The notes: generated by a model not told the origin, from the sequence alone. Shown: positions 36,847 through 46,385, counted from the stretch's first letter. The stretch is 64,000 nucleotides of DNA from Candidatus Iainarchaeum sp. (GCA_030649735.1 JAUSFL010000036.1:79283-143282), one strand, 5' to 3'. A program made the numbers and translations.

Positions 36847-36990
36847 ATGATTGCCAGAAGGCCAAAAATCAGAAAGCCAATTCCATTCAGTATTAATCCG
36901 GAAATTGTTGCAAAATACAAAAAACTGCAGGCAGAAATTGAAGTGAACCCAAAAGCCAGGATTGTTGGCGCCAAAAAAAGAAGATGGTAA
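36847..36990 (+). CDS. Possible small basic protein (47 aa)
   Basis: Unlisted short ORF 'MIARRPKIRKPIPFSINPEIVAKYKKLQAEIEVNPKARIVGAKKRRW' in the ftsZ–e2b2 intergenic region. Coding status uncertain. Confidence 0.2.
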   Translation: MIARRPKIRKPIPFSINPEIVAKYKKLQAEIEVNPKARIVGAKKRRW

Positions 36991-36994
36991 AAGA

Positions 36995-37954
36995 ATGCTT
37001 TCAAAAAAATTCTTGAAAACAGTCAAAGACATCAAGTCCTTGAAGATTCAAGGCGCGTCAAATGTGCGAAAGGCCGCAGTTGAAGCATTGCTTGAAGAAG
37101 TCAATGAGTTCAATGACTCCAGCATTTTGCACTTCAAGGCAGACCTTTTCAAGTCAGTGAAAGAATTGATCAACGCGCGCCCGACAGAGCCAGAGTTAAG
37201 GAGCGCTTTAAGGATTGTGCTGCATACTGCGCAGTCAAACTCTCACAGCCTGTTTGACTTGAAGAAAGAAGTCAAAAATTCCTTGGGCTATTTTGAAAAG
37301 CAAAGGAATGAAGGATTGAGAAAAATTGCAACTTACGGGGCAAGGGAAATTCCCAATGATGCAATTGTCATGACTCACTGCCACTCGCACACTGTAATGG
37401 AAATCTTGAAAGAAGCGCACAAACAAGGCAAAATTGAAAGAGTCATTTGCACAGAGTCAAGGCCTTTATTCCAGGGAAGAAAGACAGCCGAAGAATTGAC
37501 AAAAGCAGGCGTCAAAACCACAATGATTGTGGATTCTGCAGTTTCAAGCATTGTGAAAGAATGCGGCTTGTTCTTGAGCGGCGCTGATGCAGTATTGAGC
37601 GACGGATCTGTGGTGAACAAGATTGGAACCCAGAATGTGTCAATGCTTGCCGAAAAATTCGGAGTGCCGCACTATGTTGCTTGCGGTACAGCAAAGTTTG
37701 ATCCAGTCACTTTTTTCGGGTTTCAGGAAATCATCGAACAGCGTGCGCCTGAAGAAGTTTGGGACAAAAAATTAAAGAATTTTGAAATCAAAAACCCAGC
37801 CTTCGACATAACAGCTGCGAAGTATGTAAAGGCATTAATTACAGAAAAAGGAGTCTTTCCGCCAACAGAATTTGCAGGAATGATGTACAAGGATTTGCAG
37901 CTTGAAAAGCACGAAAAAGAATTTCTAAGCCTGATTAGCCTGATGAAAAAATAG
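36995..37954 (+). CDS. eIF-2B alpha/beta/delta-family isomerase, most likely ribose-1,5-bisphosphate isomerase
   Basis: eIF-2B-family fold with 'ICTESRP'. Assignment to R15P isomerase rests on adjacency to AMP phosphorylase. Start moved to an ATG; the track begins at a TTG at 36962. Confidence 0.65.
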   Translation: MLSKKFLKTVKDIKSLKIQGASNVRKAAVEALLEEVNEFNDSSILHFKADLFKSVKELINARPTEPELRSALRIVLHTAQSNSHSLFDLKKEVKNSLGYFEKQRNEGLRKIATYGAREIPNDAIVMTHCHSHTVMEILKEAHKQGKIERVICTESRPLFQGRKTAEELTKAGVKTTMIVDSAVSSIVKECGLFLSGADAVLSDGSVVNKIGTQNVSMLAEKFGVPHYVACGTAKFDPVTFFGFQEIIEQRAPEEVWDKKLKNFEIKNPAFDITAAKYVKALITEKGVFPPTEFAGMMYKDLQLEKHEKEFLSLISLMKK

Positions 37955-38011
37955 GCTTCAATAAGCAAGTTTTTTATTTCCAATTCACTTAATTGTAAAG
38001 GTTTTAGAAAA

Positions 38012-39514
38012 ATGAAGTATTCTTTAAAATTGAAAACACAGCATTTTCACTTGTCTGCCGGAGTGTTTGTTGCAGTAATGCACGAAGACGACGTGCATGA
38101 TTTGGGAATTCATGCTTTGGACAAGGTTGAAATCATAAATCCCGGAGTGAAAAGGACTGCAACTGCAATTGTTAACATAACTCACGAGGAAATCAGAAAG
38201 GGAAACATTGGATTATTTGAAGAATTAAGGCTGCAATTGCTCATCAAAAAGCCAACCGTTGTTGAAGTAAGGCCTATTCCGCCATTGGAAAGCATTTCTT
38301 TCATCAGGAAAAAAATTCGCGGAGAAAAGCTTTCAGCGCAAGAAATCAAGCAAATAGTAGATGACATTAATGAAGGAAAGCTTGCAGAACTGGAAATCAG
38401 CGCTTTAATGACTGCCGTGCAAATCCGCGGCTTCGACATTGAAGAATCGGCTTCAATGGCAAGGGCATTGATAAGCAATGGAAAAAAAGTTGAGTTTGCG
38501 AAAAAGCCAATCTTGGACAAGCACTGCATTGGAGGAATCAATGGAAGGACAAGCCTTGTTTTAGTTCCAATTATTGCCGCGGCAGGATACTGCATTCCAA
38601 AGACTGCAAGCCGTGCAATAACAAGCTGTGCTGGAACTGCAGACGCAATGGACTGCCTTGCAAAAGCAGGATTGGGCCTGAAAGAATTCAAGAAAGTCGT
38701 GGAAAAAACCAACGGCTGCATTGCATGGGGCGGCAGTTTAGATTTGGCGCCAGTTGACGACAAAATAATCAAAATAGAGTATCCTCTAAAGCTAGACCCT
38801 AAAGGCCAAGTGACTGCGTCAGTAATGGCAAAAAAGGCAAGCGTTGGAGCGCAGTTTGTTGTTTTGGACTTGCCTGTCGGGCCAGAAGTCAAAGTCACAA
38901 GCGCCGATCAAATAAAAGATTACACTGAAAGGTTTTCACAAGTTGGAAAAATGCTCGGCATTAACGTGAAAGTAATTCCAACAGACGGCACAATGCCTTA
39001 CGGGCCAGCATTCGGGCCAGCGCTTGAAGCAAGGCATGCATTGCAAATCCTTGAAGGAAAGCGCTTTGACAACCTGGCTGAAAAATCAGTAATGCTTGCC
39101 GGAGAATTAATGGCAATGACTGAAAAATCCACTGTCCAGCAATGCACTGCAAAAGCGAAGGAAATTTTGAAAAGCGGAAAGGCATTGGAAAAAATGCGGG
39201 AAATCATTGTCGCGCAAGGCGGAAAGAAAATAACTTCAGAGCAAGTTCAGGTTGGAAAATTAAAAAGGCAAATCTTTGCAAAGCAGGATGGAAAAATCAA
39301 AAAATTGAATGTACAGCTTTTCACTGTAATCGCGCGAGAGACTGGCGCGCCTTCAGACAAGGGAGCTGGAGTCTTGCTTAATGTAGTGCCAGGCCAGCAA
39401 GTGAAGAACGGCGATTTATTATTTGAGATTTTTGCGGAAAACGAAAGAAAGCTTGTGGAAGCATTAAACCTTGCGGAAAGAATGAATGCAGTGGAATTTG
39501 AGCCATTAAAGTAA
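38012..39514 (+). CDS. AMP phosphorylase (thymidine-phosphorylase family with N-terminal extension)
   Basis: 500 aa. Pyrimidine-nucleoside-phosphorylase family motifs ('KHCIGGINGRTSL', 'TSCAGTADAMD') plus the ~80-aa N-terminal domain typical of archaeal AMPpase. Confidence 0.75.
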   Translation: MKYSLKLKTQHFHLSAGVFVAVMHEDDVHDLGIHALDKVEIINPGVKRTATAIVNITHEEIRKGNIGLFEELRLQLLIKKPTVVEVRPIPPLESISFIRKKIRGEKLSAQEIKQIVDDINEGKLAELEISALMTAVQIRGFDIEESASMARALISNGKKVEFAKKPILDKHCIGGINGRTSLVLVPIIAAAGYCIPKTASRAITSCAGTADAMDCLAKAGLGLKEFKKVVEKTNGCIAWGGSLDLAPVDDKIIKIEYPLKLDPKGQVTASVMAKKASVGAQFVVLDLPVGPEVKVTSADQIKDYTERFSQVGKMLGINVKVIPTDGTMPYGPAFGPALEARHALQILEGKRFDNLAEKSVMLAGELMAMTEKSTVQQCTAKAKEILKSGKALEKMREIIVAQGGKKITSEQVQVGKLKRQIFAKQDGKIKKLNVQLFTVIARETGAPSDKGAGVLLNVVPGQQVKNGDLLFEIFAENERKLVEALNLAERMNAVEFEPLK

Positions 39515-39542
39515 GCAGCCGCAGCATTTACAAGAAAATAAC

Positions 39543-40337
39543 TCAGTTGCTTCTTTCCCTGAATGATTTGGAAAGTCTGGGAGAAGAGCCAAGCGCAAGA
39601 GCCTGCCTTTGCAATTCTGCCTTCAATTCAAGGCTTGCGCTTTCCAAAGCAATTAAAAAAAGCGATTTCTGCTCTGGCCTGTTAAAGGTTATTGAATTAA
39701 TCCTGTCAATCAATTCAAGCGCGCACTCGTTTGCTGGCAATTTTCCGAATTTGACGAGCAAGTCAAAATCCAATGGAATGACTCCTTTCTTTGCATCAGT
39801 GAATGGCTCTATAAGGTCTGGGGCAGGATAATAGCCAGCATTTGCTGTCTTAGTCAATTCAAAAATTGCTTGCCTTCTTGCGCCCGGATCAGTAATCCTA
39901 AAATGGCTTTTTGAGGAAAGCTTTGAGCCTTTTGAAACCGAACCGAACAATTGAGAAACCTTCACCCATTTTCCTGCAAAAGGCCCTTTCGCAACCTGAA
40001 ACATTGAAGACTTTGGAACTCTCACTCCGGCCTTGCGCAATTCAGCAATTACCTGCTGGGTTTTAATTGCGGTTTCATCATCCATTGGTTTTTTGAAAAC
40101 CTTGATTGCAACAGCGTAAGACTTTCCGTTCTTGAACCGCATTCTTCCGGCATAAACATCGCCATACTGTGTTTCAGGATGGCCAATCCTGACAAGATGC
40201 TTGTCTTTGCCCCTTGAAAATGAAAGCCTTTTCACGTCAATTAGAGTCTTCCACGACTGTTTTGCTGCAGGCGCTTTCGCTTCTGGCTTTTTTCGGGAAA
40301 AAAGTTTTCCAACCCAAGCAGGCTTTTTCCAAGGCAT
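39543..40337 (-). CDS. Hypothetical protein with weak protein-kinase-like N-lobe motifs
   Basis: 'GDVYAGRMRFKNGKSYAVAIKVFKK' is a Gly-rich loop plus a VAIK-like lysine, and 'PLDFDLL' is DFG-like. The catalytic loop is not recognisable. Confidence 0.35.
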   Translation of the reverse strand: MPWKKPAWVGKLFSRKKPEAKAPAAKQSWKTLIDVKRLSFSRGKDKHLVRIGHPETQYGDVYAGRMRFKNGKSYAVAIKVFKKPMDDETAIKTQQVIAELRKAGVRVPKSSMFQVAKGPFAGKWVKVSQLFGSVSKGSKLSSKSHFRITDPGARRQAIFELTKTANAGYYPAPDLIEPFTDAKKGVIPLDFDLLVKFGKLPANECALELIDRINSITFNRPEQKSLFLIALESASLELKAELQRQALALGSSPRLSKSFRERSN

Positions 40338-40431
40338 AAGATAAAATTGGTTTCGAAGTTTTTAAAACCAAGAGCCCAAAGGCCGCAAAGAGTTTAAAGG
40401 TTTAAATAGTAAAAAGGACTTTCTAGAAAGA

Positions 40432-41169
40432 ATGAGGAAATTTTTCATTGCATTGCTTTTGCTCTTGATTGCAGGCGCGGCCTCGGCGCAAGAATGCCGC
40501 AATGATGTTTCGCAGGCAAATGAATTGATTTTTGAAATAAAAATCGACAGTCAAGGAAATGCAATCTCTAATGAAATCTTGACAATTCCATTCTCTGAAG
40601 AATGCCTTGTTGAAAAAGGCCTGCAAAGGCTGAATGAAAGCAAGGCAGTCTGCAGCGACATTATGGAGTCATTCGGGGAATTGAACCAGGAATTCATGCT
40701 TGCAAGCAATTGCACAATAGGCTTTGACAGCAATGAACTGAAAGTTTATTTTTCATCAAAAGGCGCAAATGTAGTGAGAGTGCAGGATGGAAAGCTCACC
40801 GCAGTCTTTGGCGAAATCAGCATTCGCGGATTGAACCCCCAAGCAGACACTACTTTGCGCGTTTCTTTGCCCGAAGGATTTGAGCTATTGGATTACTCCC
40901 CAAAAGAGCGCAGCATTGCGACTTCATCACAGGTTTTCTGGATGAAAATCCCAAAAGAGCCAATTTCAATCCAGTACAATGCGGCAGATAATGGCAGCCA
41001 GCAGTCATTGATTGTTTTGGCAATTGCAATAATAATCGCAATTGCGATTCTCGCGTTTGGGCTGCTTTTCAAGAAACGAAGCGATTTTTTGAAAAAAAAG
41101 CACTTGGAAAAAAGCAAAATGCAGCACGGAAAGCTTGAAGAATTAAAGGCGCCGCGCGCGAAAAAATAG
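40432..41169 (+). CDS. Surface-anchored protein (signal peptide, ~190-aa extracellular domain, C-terminal TM)
   Basis: 'MRKFFIALLLLLIAGAASA' signal peptide and the C-terminal TM 'LIVLAIAIIIAIAILAFGLLF'. Confidence 0.45.
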   Translation: MRKFFIALLLLLIAGAASAQECRNDVSQANELIFEIKIDSQGNAISNEILTIPFSEECLVEKGLQRLNESKAVCSDIMESFGELNQEFMLASNCTIGFDSNELKVYFSSKGANVVRVQDGKLTAVFGEISIRGLNPQADTTLRVSLPEGFELLDYSPKERSIATSSQVFWMKIPKEPISIQYNAADNGSQQSLIVLAIAIIIAIAILAFGLLFKKRSDFLKKKHLEKSKMQHGKLEELKAPRAKK

Positions 41170-41177
41170 CGCTCGAA

Positions 41178-41219
41178 AAATCACGCCTTGCAAAGCTGGT
41201 TGAACACTTTCACAAAATC
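41178..41219. repeat. Duplicated copy of the ksgA 3' end (last ~14 codons + stop), direct repeat partner of 45232..45273
   Basis: AAATCACGCCTTGCAAAGCTGGTTGAACACTTTCACAAAATC versus AAATCAGGCATTGCAAAGCTGGTTGAACACTTTCACGAACTC at 45232–45273. On the minus strand this copy still reads …VKVFNQLCKA*. Confidence 0.75.
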
Positions 41220-41332
41220 AGCGCATGAAATAGAATCATTTTCAAAGTTTTTGAAAAGTGGGAGCCTTTGAGATTTTTAAACGCAGGTCGTGAAAGTTAG
41301 TTTTTTATAATCATAAACTCTGAGAACATATT

Positions 41333-44300
41333 ATGCGTTCTCAAATTCTCTTGATTTTAGCGCTCTTGCTTTCATTAAGCTTTGCAAGTGCTCTGCTGCT
41401 TGATGAAAAGCCTGGCGCAATAGCTGCCTACAGCCTTCGAAAGCTTTCCTCAACTTACGCTGGCCCTGCAATTGAAGTGCAAAGAGCATCTGACAATCAA
41501 ACTCTGGCCATTGGGTTTGATTTTGACGGGCTTTTGGATGCGTCTGCAATTTTGTCATTCTGCACTTCTAAAAGCAGTGCTGACAGTTTATATGTGAAAA
41601 CTTGGAATTCTCAAATTTCCGGAGTTCCTGCATTTTCAGAAACCAACATTAACAAAATGCCGCTCATTTGCGAAAACGGCCAAGTGACAAAAGACCAAGA
41701 CGGTTATCTGGCAATAAAATTCATGCGCAGCATGGATGGGCCATTCAGCGCTACAGGTTTAACACAATACAATGCTAGAAACGTGGACGTTTTCGTGGTT
41801 GAGGATGTAATAAATCCGGATAATTCTGGGGGCATTCTTTTTACGCTTGCACCAATTGGAACTGAAGCTGATGATTTTCCATTCATGAAGTTTGGTTCTG
41901 GGGGAGAATCACTCTCTTATGGGGGCGGATCCAATAGCATGAGATACGCGAATACTACAACAGACCGCGCTGTGCTTGGCTTGCAAGTAACTTCGGCAAA
42001 ATTTTCAGTTTATGTAAACCAGATATTAAAGCACTCAACAAGCAAGGCAATGATTGAATTGAATTCATCAAGCATTTCAATAGGCGCGGAAACAAAAAGC
42101 CCTTCTGCAAATTCAGGCATTGATGCATACGTCAGCGAGTTTTTGGTTTACCCGCAAAGCTCGCTTTCTCCAGAAGCACGTAGGCAAGTCATTGCAAACA
42201 TTAATGGCTTTTGGAAGGCGGGGCCTTCAAGCTGGAATGAAGGAGCATTATTGCCACAGACTTACGAATACCAAGTGGAATTGTACAATTGGCTCAAAAC
42301 CAACACTGTAAATAACACCAGCATTCCTGCTGGTTTAAAACCGGCTTGGAATGGTTATTTTGAGAATGAAAATCAACTGGCTTCATTATGGGTTGACATG
42401 ATGCAGTCTGGCGACTCCAAAAGAGTCGTAACCACAGGCATGATGTATGAGCCTGGCTGGTTCACGCTTAATGATGGCACAGGAAAAGGCATTGAAGCAA
42501 CTGGGCAAGTGAGAGTTCCTGATGAATATACTGCCGGCTATAATTATCATTTGAGTCGCAGTACTGCCTTTTGGTACCCGTTTCATATTCCATTGGCAGG
42601 CGGTGGTGAAGGAAACCCTTACTATCATAATGAGGCAATAGCCAGGAGAGCGCTTACAATTGCAATCGTCAACATGATGATGGTTGATGGCTTGTTTGAT
42701 TCAAATGGCAACACTTACACAAGGCATACTTATTACAGTGGCTGGCCACTGGACATTGCCGACACTTACAGCCTGGCTGGGGATTTTCTTCCTGAAAATG
42801 CGCAAAAGGCTTTTGAAAGGGGATTGCTGCGCTTGATAAGGCATCAATCAATTGTTGCAACTGGCGGCAGTTTTGCTAACATGGAAAGCAAGGGAATAGC
42901 AGGCGGCGCCAAAGCTTGTGTTAGCGCCAAGCATTATAAAAAAGAAATGTGCGATGCCGCATTGGCTGCAGTAAAGAAAGTATTGTTTGGCTTAAGCAAT
43001 GGCTCTCCAACTAATTTCAATACCATCGGAGGCTGGTATCCTGAAGGCAGCATGCGTGAAGCTGAAGGCCCTGAAACCACTTACAACAATCGCGCTTTGG
43101 ACCATATTGCTGACGCGCGGGCAGTAACTTACGGCGTGGAAGGAATTGGAGACTGGTCATTCCTTGACACAGTGATGGAGAGAAATACTGATTTCATTTC
43201 TTACCAAGGATTTACTGAACCCGGGGGAAGCGAAATCACGGACGGCCCTTCAGGCTATGCAGCACGAACTCCAGGCACTGCAATCAGCGGCGCACAAGGA
43301 ACAGCGCACATGAAGTATACTTTGGCATCACTTTACCCTCAAGGGCAATTTTATTTAAGAGAAGTAGCCAGCCGCTTCATAAATAATTCAGAACTTGTTT
43401 CAAGCGTGAAAACTTCACTAAATAATGTTTCGGCTTCTTCAGTAATTACAACAGTGCCGCCAGTTTTTATGAGAGATGCTGCAGGTAAGGAAGCTGGATG
43501 GGCTCCTTGGCCTTCACGCCTGCCTTATCAGCCCCCAAAGGCAAATTGGCTTTCTTATTTAAGGTCGCTTGTCTTGGAGGACAAAAGCACAACTTATACA
43601 TTGCCGCACCCAAGCAGGGGAGAAACTTATGTCAAGACTCTTCCAGCAGCTTCAGAAACTTGGGGTCCGCAATTCCTTGCCGCAAGGCAATGCCCTTCAA
43701 TCGGCAATTGCTGGGCAGGCTTTGTTGAAGCAACAAGCTGGAATGGCGAATGGGGTGGAGCACACAGCGGCAAGCTTGAAACATTCTGGAGCGAACGCGT
43801 TGGAATTGTTCTATTGAACAGGCGAACCGAGAGTGGGTTTTTTGACCAGACAAAATTAGTGGCTGAAGGAATTTGGGGCAAGGATGACAAAACCACTCCA
43901 ACGATTTTCAATTTCATGGCTGACAATGGCTGCGTCAATTGCGCCAGCAAAAGAATTATTGCCTGGGATTCTGGCTCCAAAAGCATTAGCATTCCAAGCA
44001 AAATAGTTTCCAGAGGCATGCAGAACAATAATGAAATCACAGGCAGTTATTCGCATAATAGGACTTTTCAAGTTTTGCCTGATGGCATGCGGGCAACTAC
44101 TGTCTTGACTTACACTGGCTCTGATCAAATAAAGGAATTATGGTATCAGCTTCCCTTTTATGTCAAAGGCATTTCCAAAATGTATTATTGGGCTAATGAT
44201 TCATGGAATCTTGCAAGCCCAAATGTTTTATTCAATGCGAGAAAAATTCGCTGGGCAAGAGATTATAATGACAGTCACGGCGAGAGGTTTGCATGGATTG

Positions 44301-45229
44301 AATTCAACAATAATTACAACATGATTTTAGGAAATGACTTTTCACAAGACGGTACTTTCAGAGTGCTCAAAATAGACTTGCACGGCAATCCTGGAACAGC
44401 ACGGGCAATTCCAGCAAGCCAAACTTTTATTTACACTATTTCAGTCACTGAAAACGGCGTTCCCCCCCAAAGCCCAAATAGCGCTCCACTGGCAGCAAAT
44501 GATTCTTACACTGTCGAGAAAGATAAAACTTTAACAGTCCAAGCGCCGGGAGTCCTTGCCAATGACACTGACGCTGATGGTGATGCGCTTACTCCCTGGC
44601 TTGTCAGTAATCCAGGACATGCTAAAGGTTTTAGGATGAGGTCTGATGGTAAGGGGTATTTCTACTACACTCCAGAAACTGGCTTTGTAGGAACAGACTC
44701 TTTCACTTACAAGGCCAATGACGGCATTGCCGGTTCAAAATTGACAACAGTGACCATTACTGTGACAGGCACGCCAACCACAAACCAACCGCCAGTCCTT
44801 TCAACCATAGGCCCAAAAACAGTGGTTGATGGAAACAGGCTTTCCTTCAATCTTTCAGCAACAGACCCTAACGGTGGCACTCTAATTTATTCTGCACAAG
44901 GACTGCCTGCCGGCGCAATCATTACATCAGCTGGCGCTTTCACTTGGATTCCAAGTTCCAGCGCTGTTGGAATTCACTCAGTGAATTTTATTGTGAGTGA
45001 TGGCAGTCTCACTGATTCAGAACAAGTCAGCATTACTGTAAATTCATCAAGCACGCCTAATGAATGCTTTGACTTGACTGGCGACTTGAAGGTTGACTTG
45101 TTTGACTTGGTGTTTGTTGCTTTAAGGATTGGCCAGCCTGCAGGAAATCCAGCAGACGTGATCGGAAATGACGGAGTCAACTTGCAAGACTTGCAGGAAA
45201 TTGCGAAAAAACAGTTTTCGACTTGCTAG
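41333..45229 (+). CDS. Giant secreted surface protein: large N-terminal region of unknown fold – bacterial cadherin-like (DxDxDG) domain – dystroglycan-type cadherin-like domain – C-terminal dockerin-like module
   Basis: Signal peptide 'MRSQILLILALLLSLSFASA'. Cadherin-like: 'VLANDTDADGDALTPWLVSNPGHAKG…FYYTPETGFVGTDSFTYKANDG'. Dystroglycan-type: 'PPVLSTIGPKTVVDGNRLSFNLSATDPNGGTLIYSAQGLPAGA'. The C-terminal 54 aa are ~60% identical to the C-terminus of 15877..19686. Confidence 0.7.
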   Translation: MRSQILLILALLLSLSFASALLLDEKPGAIAAYSLRKLSSTYAGPAIEVQRASDNQTLAIGFDFDGLLDASAILSFCTSKSSADSLYVKTWNSQISGVPAFSETNINKMPLICENGQVTKDQDGYLAIKFMRSMDGPFSATGLTQYNARNVDVFVVEDVINPDNSGGILFTLAPIGTEADDFPFMKFGSGGESLSYGGGSNSMRYANTTTDRAVLGLQVTSAKFSVYVNQILKHSTSKAMIELNSSSISIGAETKSPSANSGIDAYVSEFLVYPQSSLSPEARRQVIANINGFWKAGPSSWNEGALLPQTYEYQVELYNWLKTNTVNNTSIPAGLKPAWNGYFENENQLASLWVDMMQSGDSKRVVTTGMMYEPGWFTLNDGTGKGIEATGQVRVPDEYTAGYNYHLSRSTAFWYPFHIPLAGGGEGNPYYHNEAIARRALTIAIVNMMMVDGLFDSNGNTYTRHTYYSGWPLDIADTYSLAGDFLPENAQKAFERGLLRLIRHQSIVATGGSFANMESKGIAGGAKACVSAKHYKKEMCDAALAAVKKVLFGLSNGSPTNFNTIGGWYPEGSMREAEGPETTYNNRALDHIADARAVTYGVEGIGDWSFLDTVMERNTDFISYQGFTEPGGSEITDGPSGYAARTPGTAISGAQGTAHMKYTLASLYPQGQFYLREVASRFINNSELVSSVKTSLNNVSASSVITTVPPVFMRDAAGKEAGWAPWPSRLPYQPPKANWLSYLRSLVLEDKSTTYTLPHPSRGETYVKTLPAASETWGPQFLAARQCPSIGNCWAGFVEATSWNGEWGGAHSGKLETFWSERVGIVLLNRRTESGFFDQTKLVAEGIWGKDDKTTPTIFNFMADNGCVNCASKRIIAWDSGSKSISIPSKIVSRGMQNNNEITGSYSHNRTFQVLPDGMRATTVLTYTGSDQIKELWYQLPFYVKGISKMYYWANDSWNLASPNVLFNARKIRWARDYNDSHGERFAWIEFNNNYNMILGNDFSQDGTFRVLKIDLHGNPGTARAIPASQTFIYTISVTENGVPPQSPNSAPLAANDSYTVEKDKTLTVQAPGVLANDTDADGDALTPWLVSNPGHAKGFRMRSDGKGYFYYTPETGFVGTDSFTYKANDGIAGSKLTTVTITVTGTPTTNQPPVLSTIGPKTVVDGNRLSFNLSATDPNGGTLIYSAQGLPAGAIITSAGAFTWIPSSSAVGIHSVNFIVSDGSLTDSEQVSITVNSSSTPNECFDLTGDLKVDLFDLVFVALRIGQPAGNPADVIGNDGVNLQDLQEIAKKQFSTC

Positions 45230-45231
45230 AC

Positions 45232-45273
45232 AAATCAGGCATTGCAAAGCTGGTTGAACACTTTCACGAACTC
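45232..45273. repeat. Native ksgA 3' end; direct-repeat partner of 41178..41219
   Basis: Sequence comparison with 41178–41219 (see that entry). Confidence 0.75.
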
Positions 45274-46062
45274 TTCAACTTCAATCAAGTAGACTTTTAC
45301 TCCTGCAAGCTCTGAGCTTTCCAAAAAATCTTCAAGCGCTTTGTTTGGAGTGCGCAGTTTTGCCTTGACCCAGTCTTCAGTGTAATTCAGCGCATTGCCC
45401 AGGTTTTTGTTCTTGTAACGGAACAATTGCTCGACAAACTGCTCGAACAGCAAATCATTTTCCGCAATTCCGTGCTTTTTGCTCTTTTCAAGCCCAATTA
45501 TTTGCGATGTTGTTTTAGGCTGCGGGAAAAAAGCGTCTGAAGGCACTTCGCCAATAATGGTTGTTTCAAAAAAATACTGCGTCAAGACTGCTGTCGCGCA
45601 ATAGTCCCTGAACCCAGGCAAGGAAGTGATTTTTTCAACAAAGGCCTTTTCAAAAAGCAATACTCCGGATTCAAAATCAAGCTTGAACAAGGAATGCATT
45701 ATGTCAGAAGAAATATTGTAGGGCGGAGAGCTCACTATTTTTGAAAATTCTGGAAGCTCTGCCTTCAAAAAGTCCTGCTTGAAAAGCCGAAAGTTTTTTG
45801 CTGCAATTTCTGCTTCAAGGACTTTTTGCAATATCTCATCAGTTTCAAAGCCGACAACGCTGCAATGTTTTAAAATTTCCCTTGTGAGAAAGCCAGTGCC
45901 GCAGCCGATTTCCAAAACAATGTCCTTGTCTTTCAATTCCGCGGCCAAAACAATTCTTTCAATGAATTGCCTTGAGACTAGAAAGTTTTGCGAAAGCTTC
46001 TTGCTTGGCTTGAACCTGTATTTTTGCATTAAAAGCTGCAATTCCTCAAACAAGTCCTTCAT
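45235..46062 (-). CDS. ksgA: 16S rRNA (adenine1518/1519-N6)-dimethyltransferase KsgA/Dim1
   Basis: 'LSQNFLVSRQFIERIV…VLEIGCGTGFLTREIL' and 'IVSSPPYNISSDIM'. Confidence 0.85.
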   Translation of the reverse strand: MKDLFEELQLLMQKYRFKPSKKLSQNFLVSRQFIERIVLAAELKDKDIVLEIGCGTGFLTREILKHCSVVGFETDEILQKVLEAEIAAKNFRLFKQDFLKAELPEFSKIVSSPPYNISSDIMHSLFKLDFESGVLLFEKAFVEKITSLPGFRDYCATAVLTQYFFETTIIGEVPSDAFFPQPKTTSQIIGLEKSKKHGIAENDLLFEQFVEQLFRYKNKNLGNALNYTEDWVKAKLRTPNKALEDFLESSELAGVKVYLIEVEEFVKVFNQLCNA

Positions 46063-46385
46063 TAAAAAACCGTTATTTAATTAGGCAAGGGCAGTTTTTA
46101 AAAAAGCCTGTTGCGTTAAAGAATACCATGCGCGCAAGAAAAGGCTGGCAGAGAATCATAAGCCCGGACTTAAGAATCAAAAGCATTACTCCCTGGGGCA
46201 GTGGAAAGGAAAAGAAAAGCCACACTTTAATGCCTGGAGAGCTTGCGACAGCAAAATTGCACAGGCAATTCACTCTGCCTGACAGGCAAGGCCAGTCGCC
46301 GCTGCCCTTGACTTCAACAAGAAGCATTCTTGCAAGGCTTGGCGTTGAAGTCCACAATTCCCAAGGCAGGATTCCTGAAACTCTC

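Noticed and set aside
46063-46385. RNase P RNA (or SRP RNA) encoded on the minus strand, suggested by AAGUCCGGGCUUA resembling the P4/CR-I–CR-V consensus
   Set aside because: The motif sits ~150 nt into any plausible transcript, not at the CR-I position. No partner CR-I/CR-V strand, P1–P3 helices or SRP helix-8 consensus could be found by eye, and the motif is itself a DNA palindrome. It is kept only as a generic 'possible structured RNA' finding.
46128-46385. N-terminal 86 codons of track ORF 46128..46943 and the overlapping minus-strand ORF 46073..46414
   Set aside because: Both have atypical composition for this genome (Arg/Gln/Ser/Pro/Trp-rich, few Lys/Glu/Ile) and no motifs. The dCTP-deaminase homology starts only after the Met at 46386.
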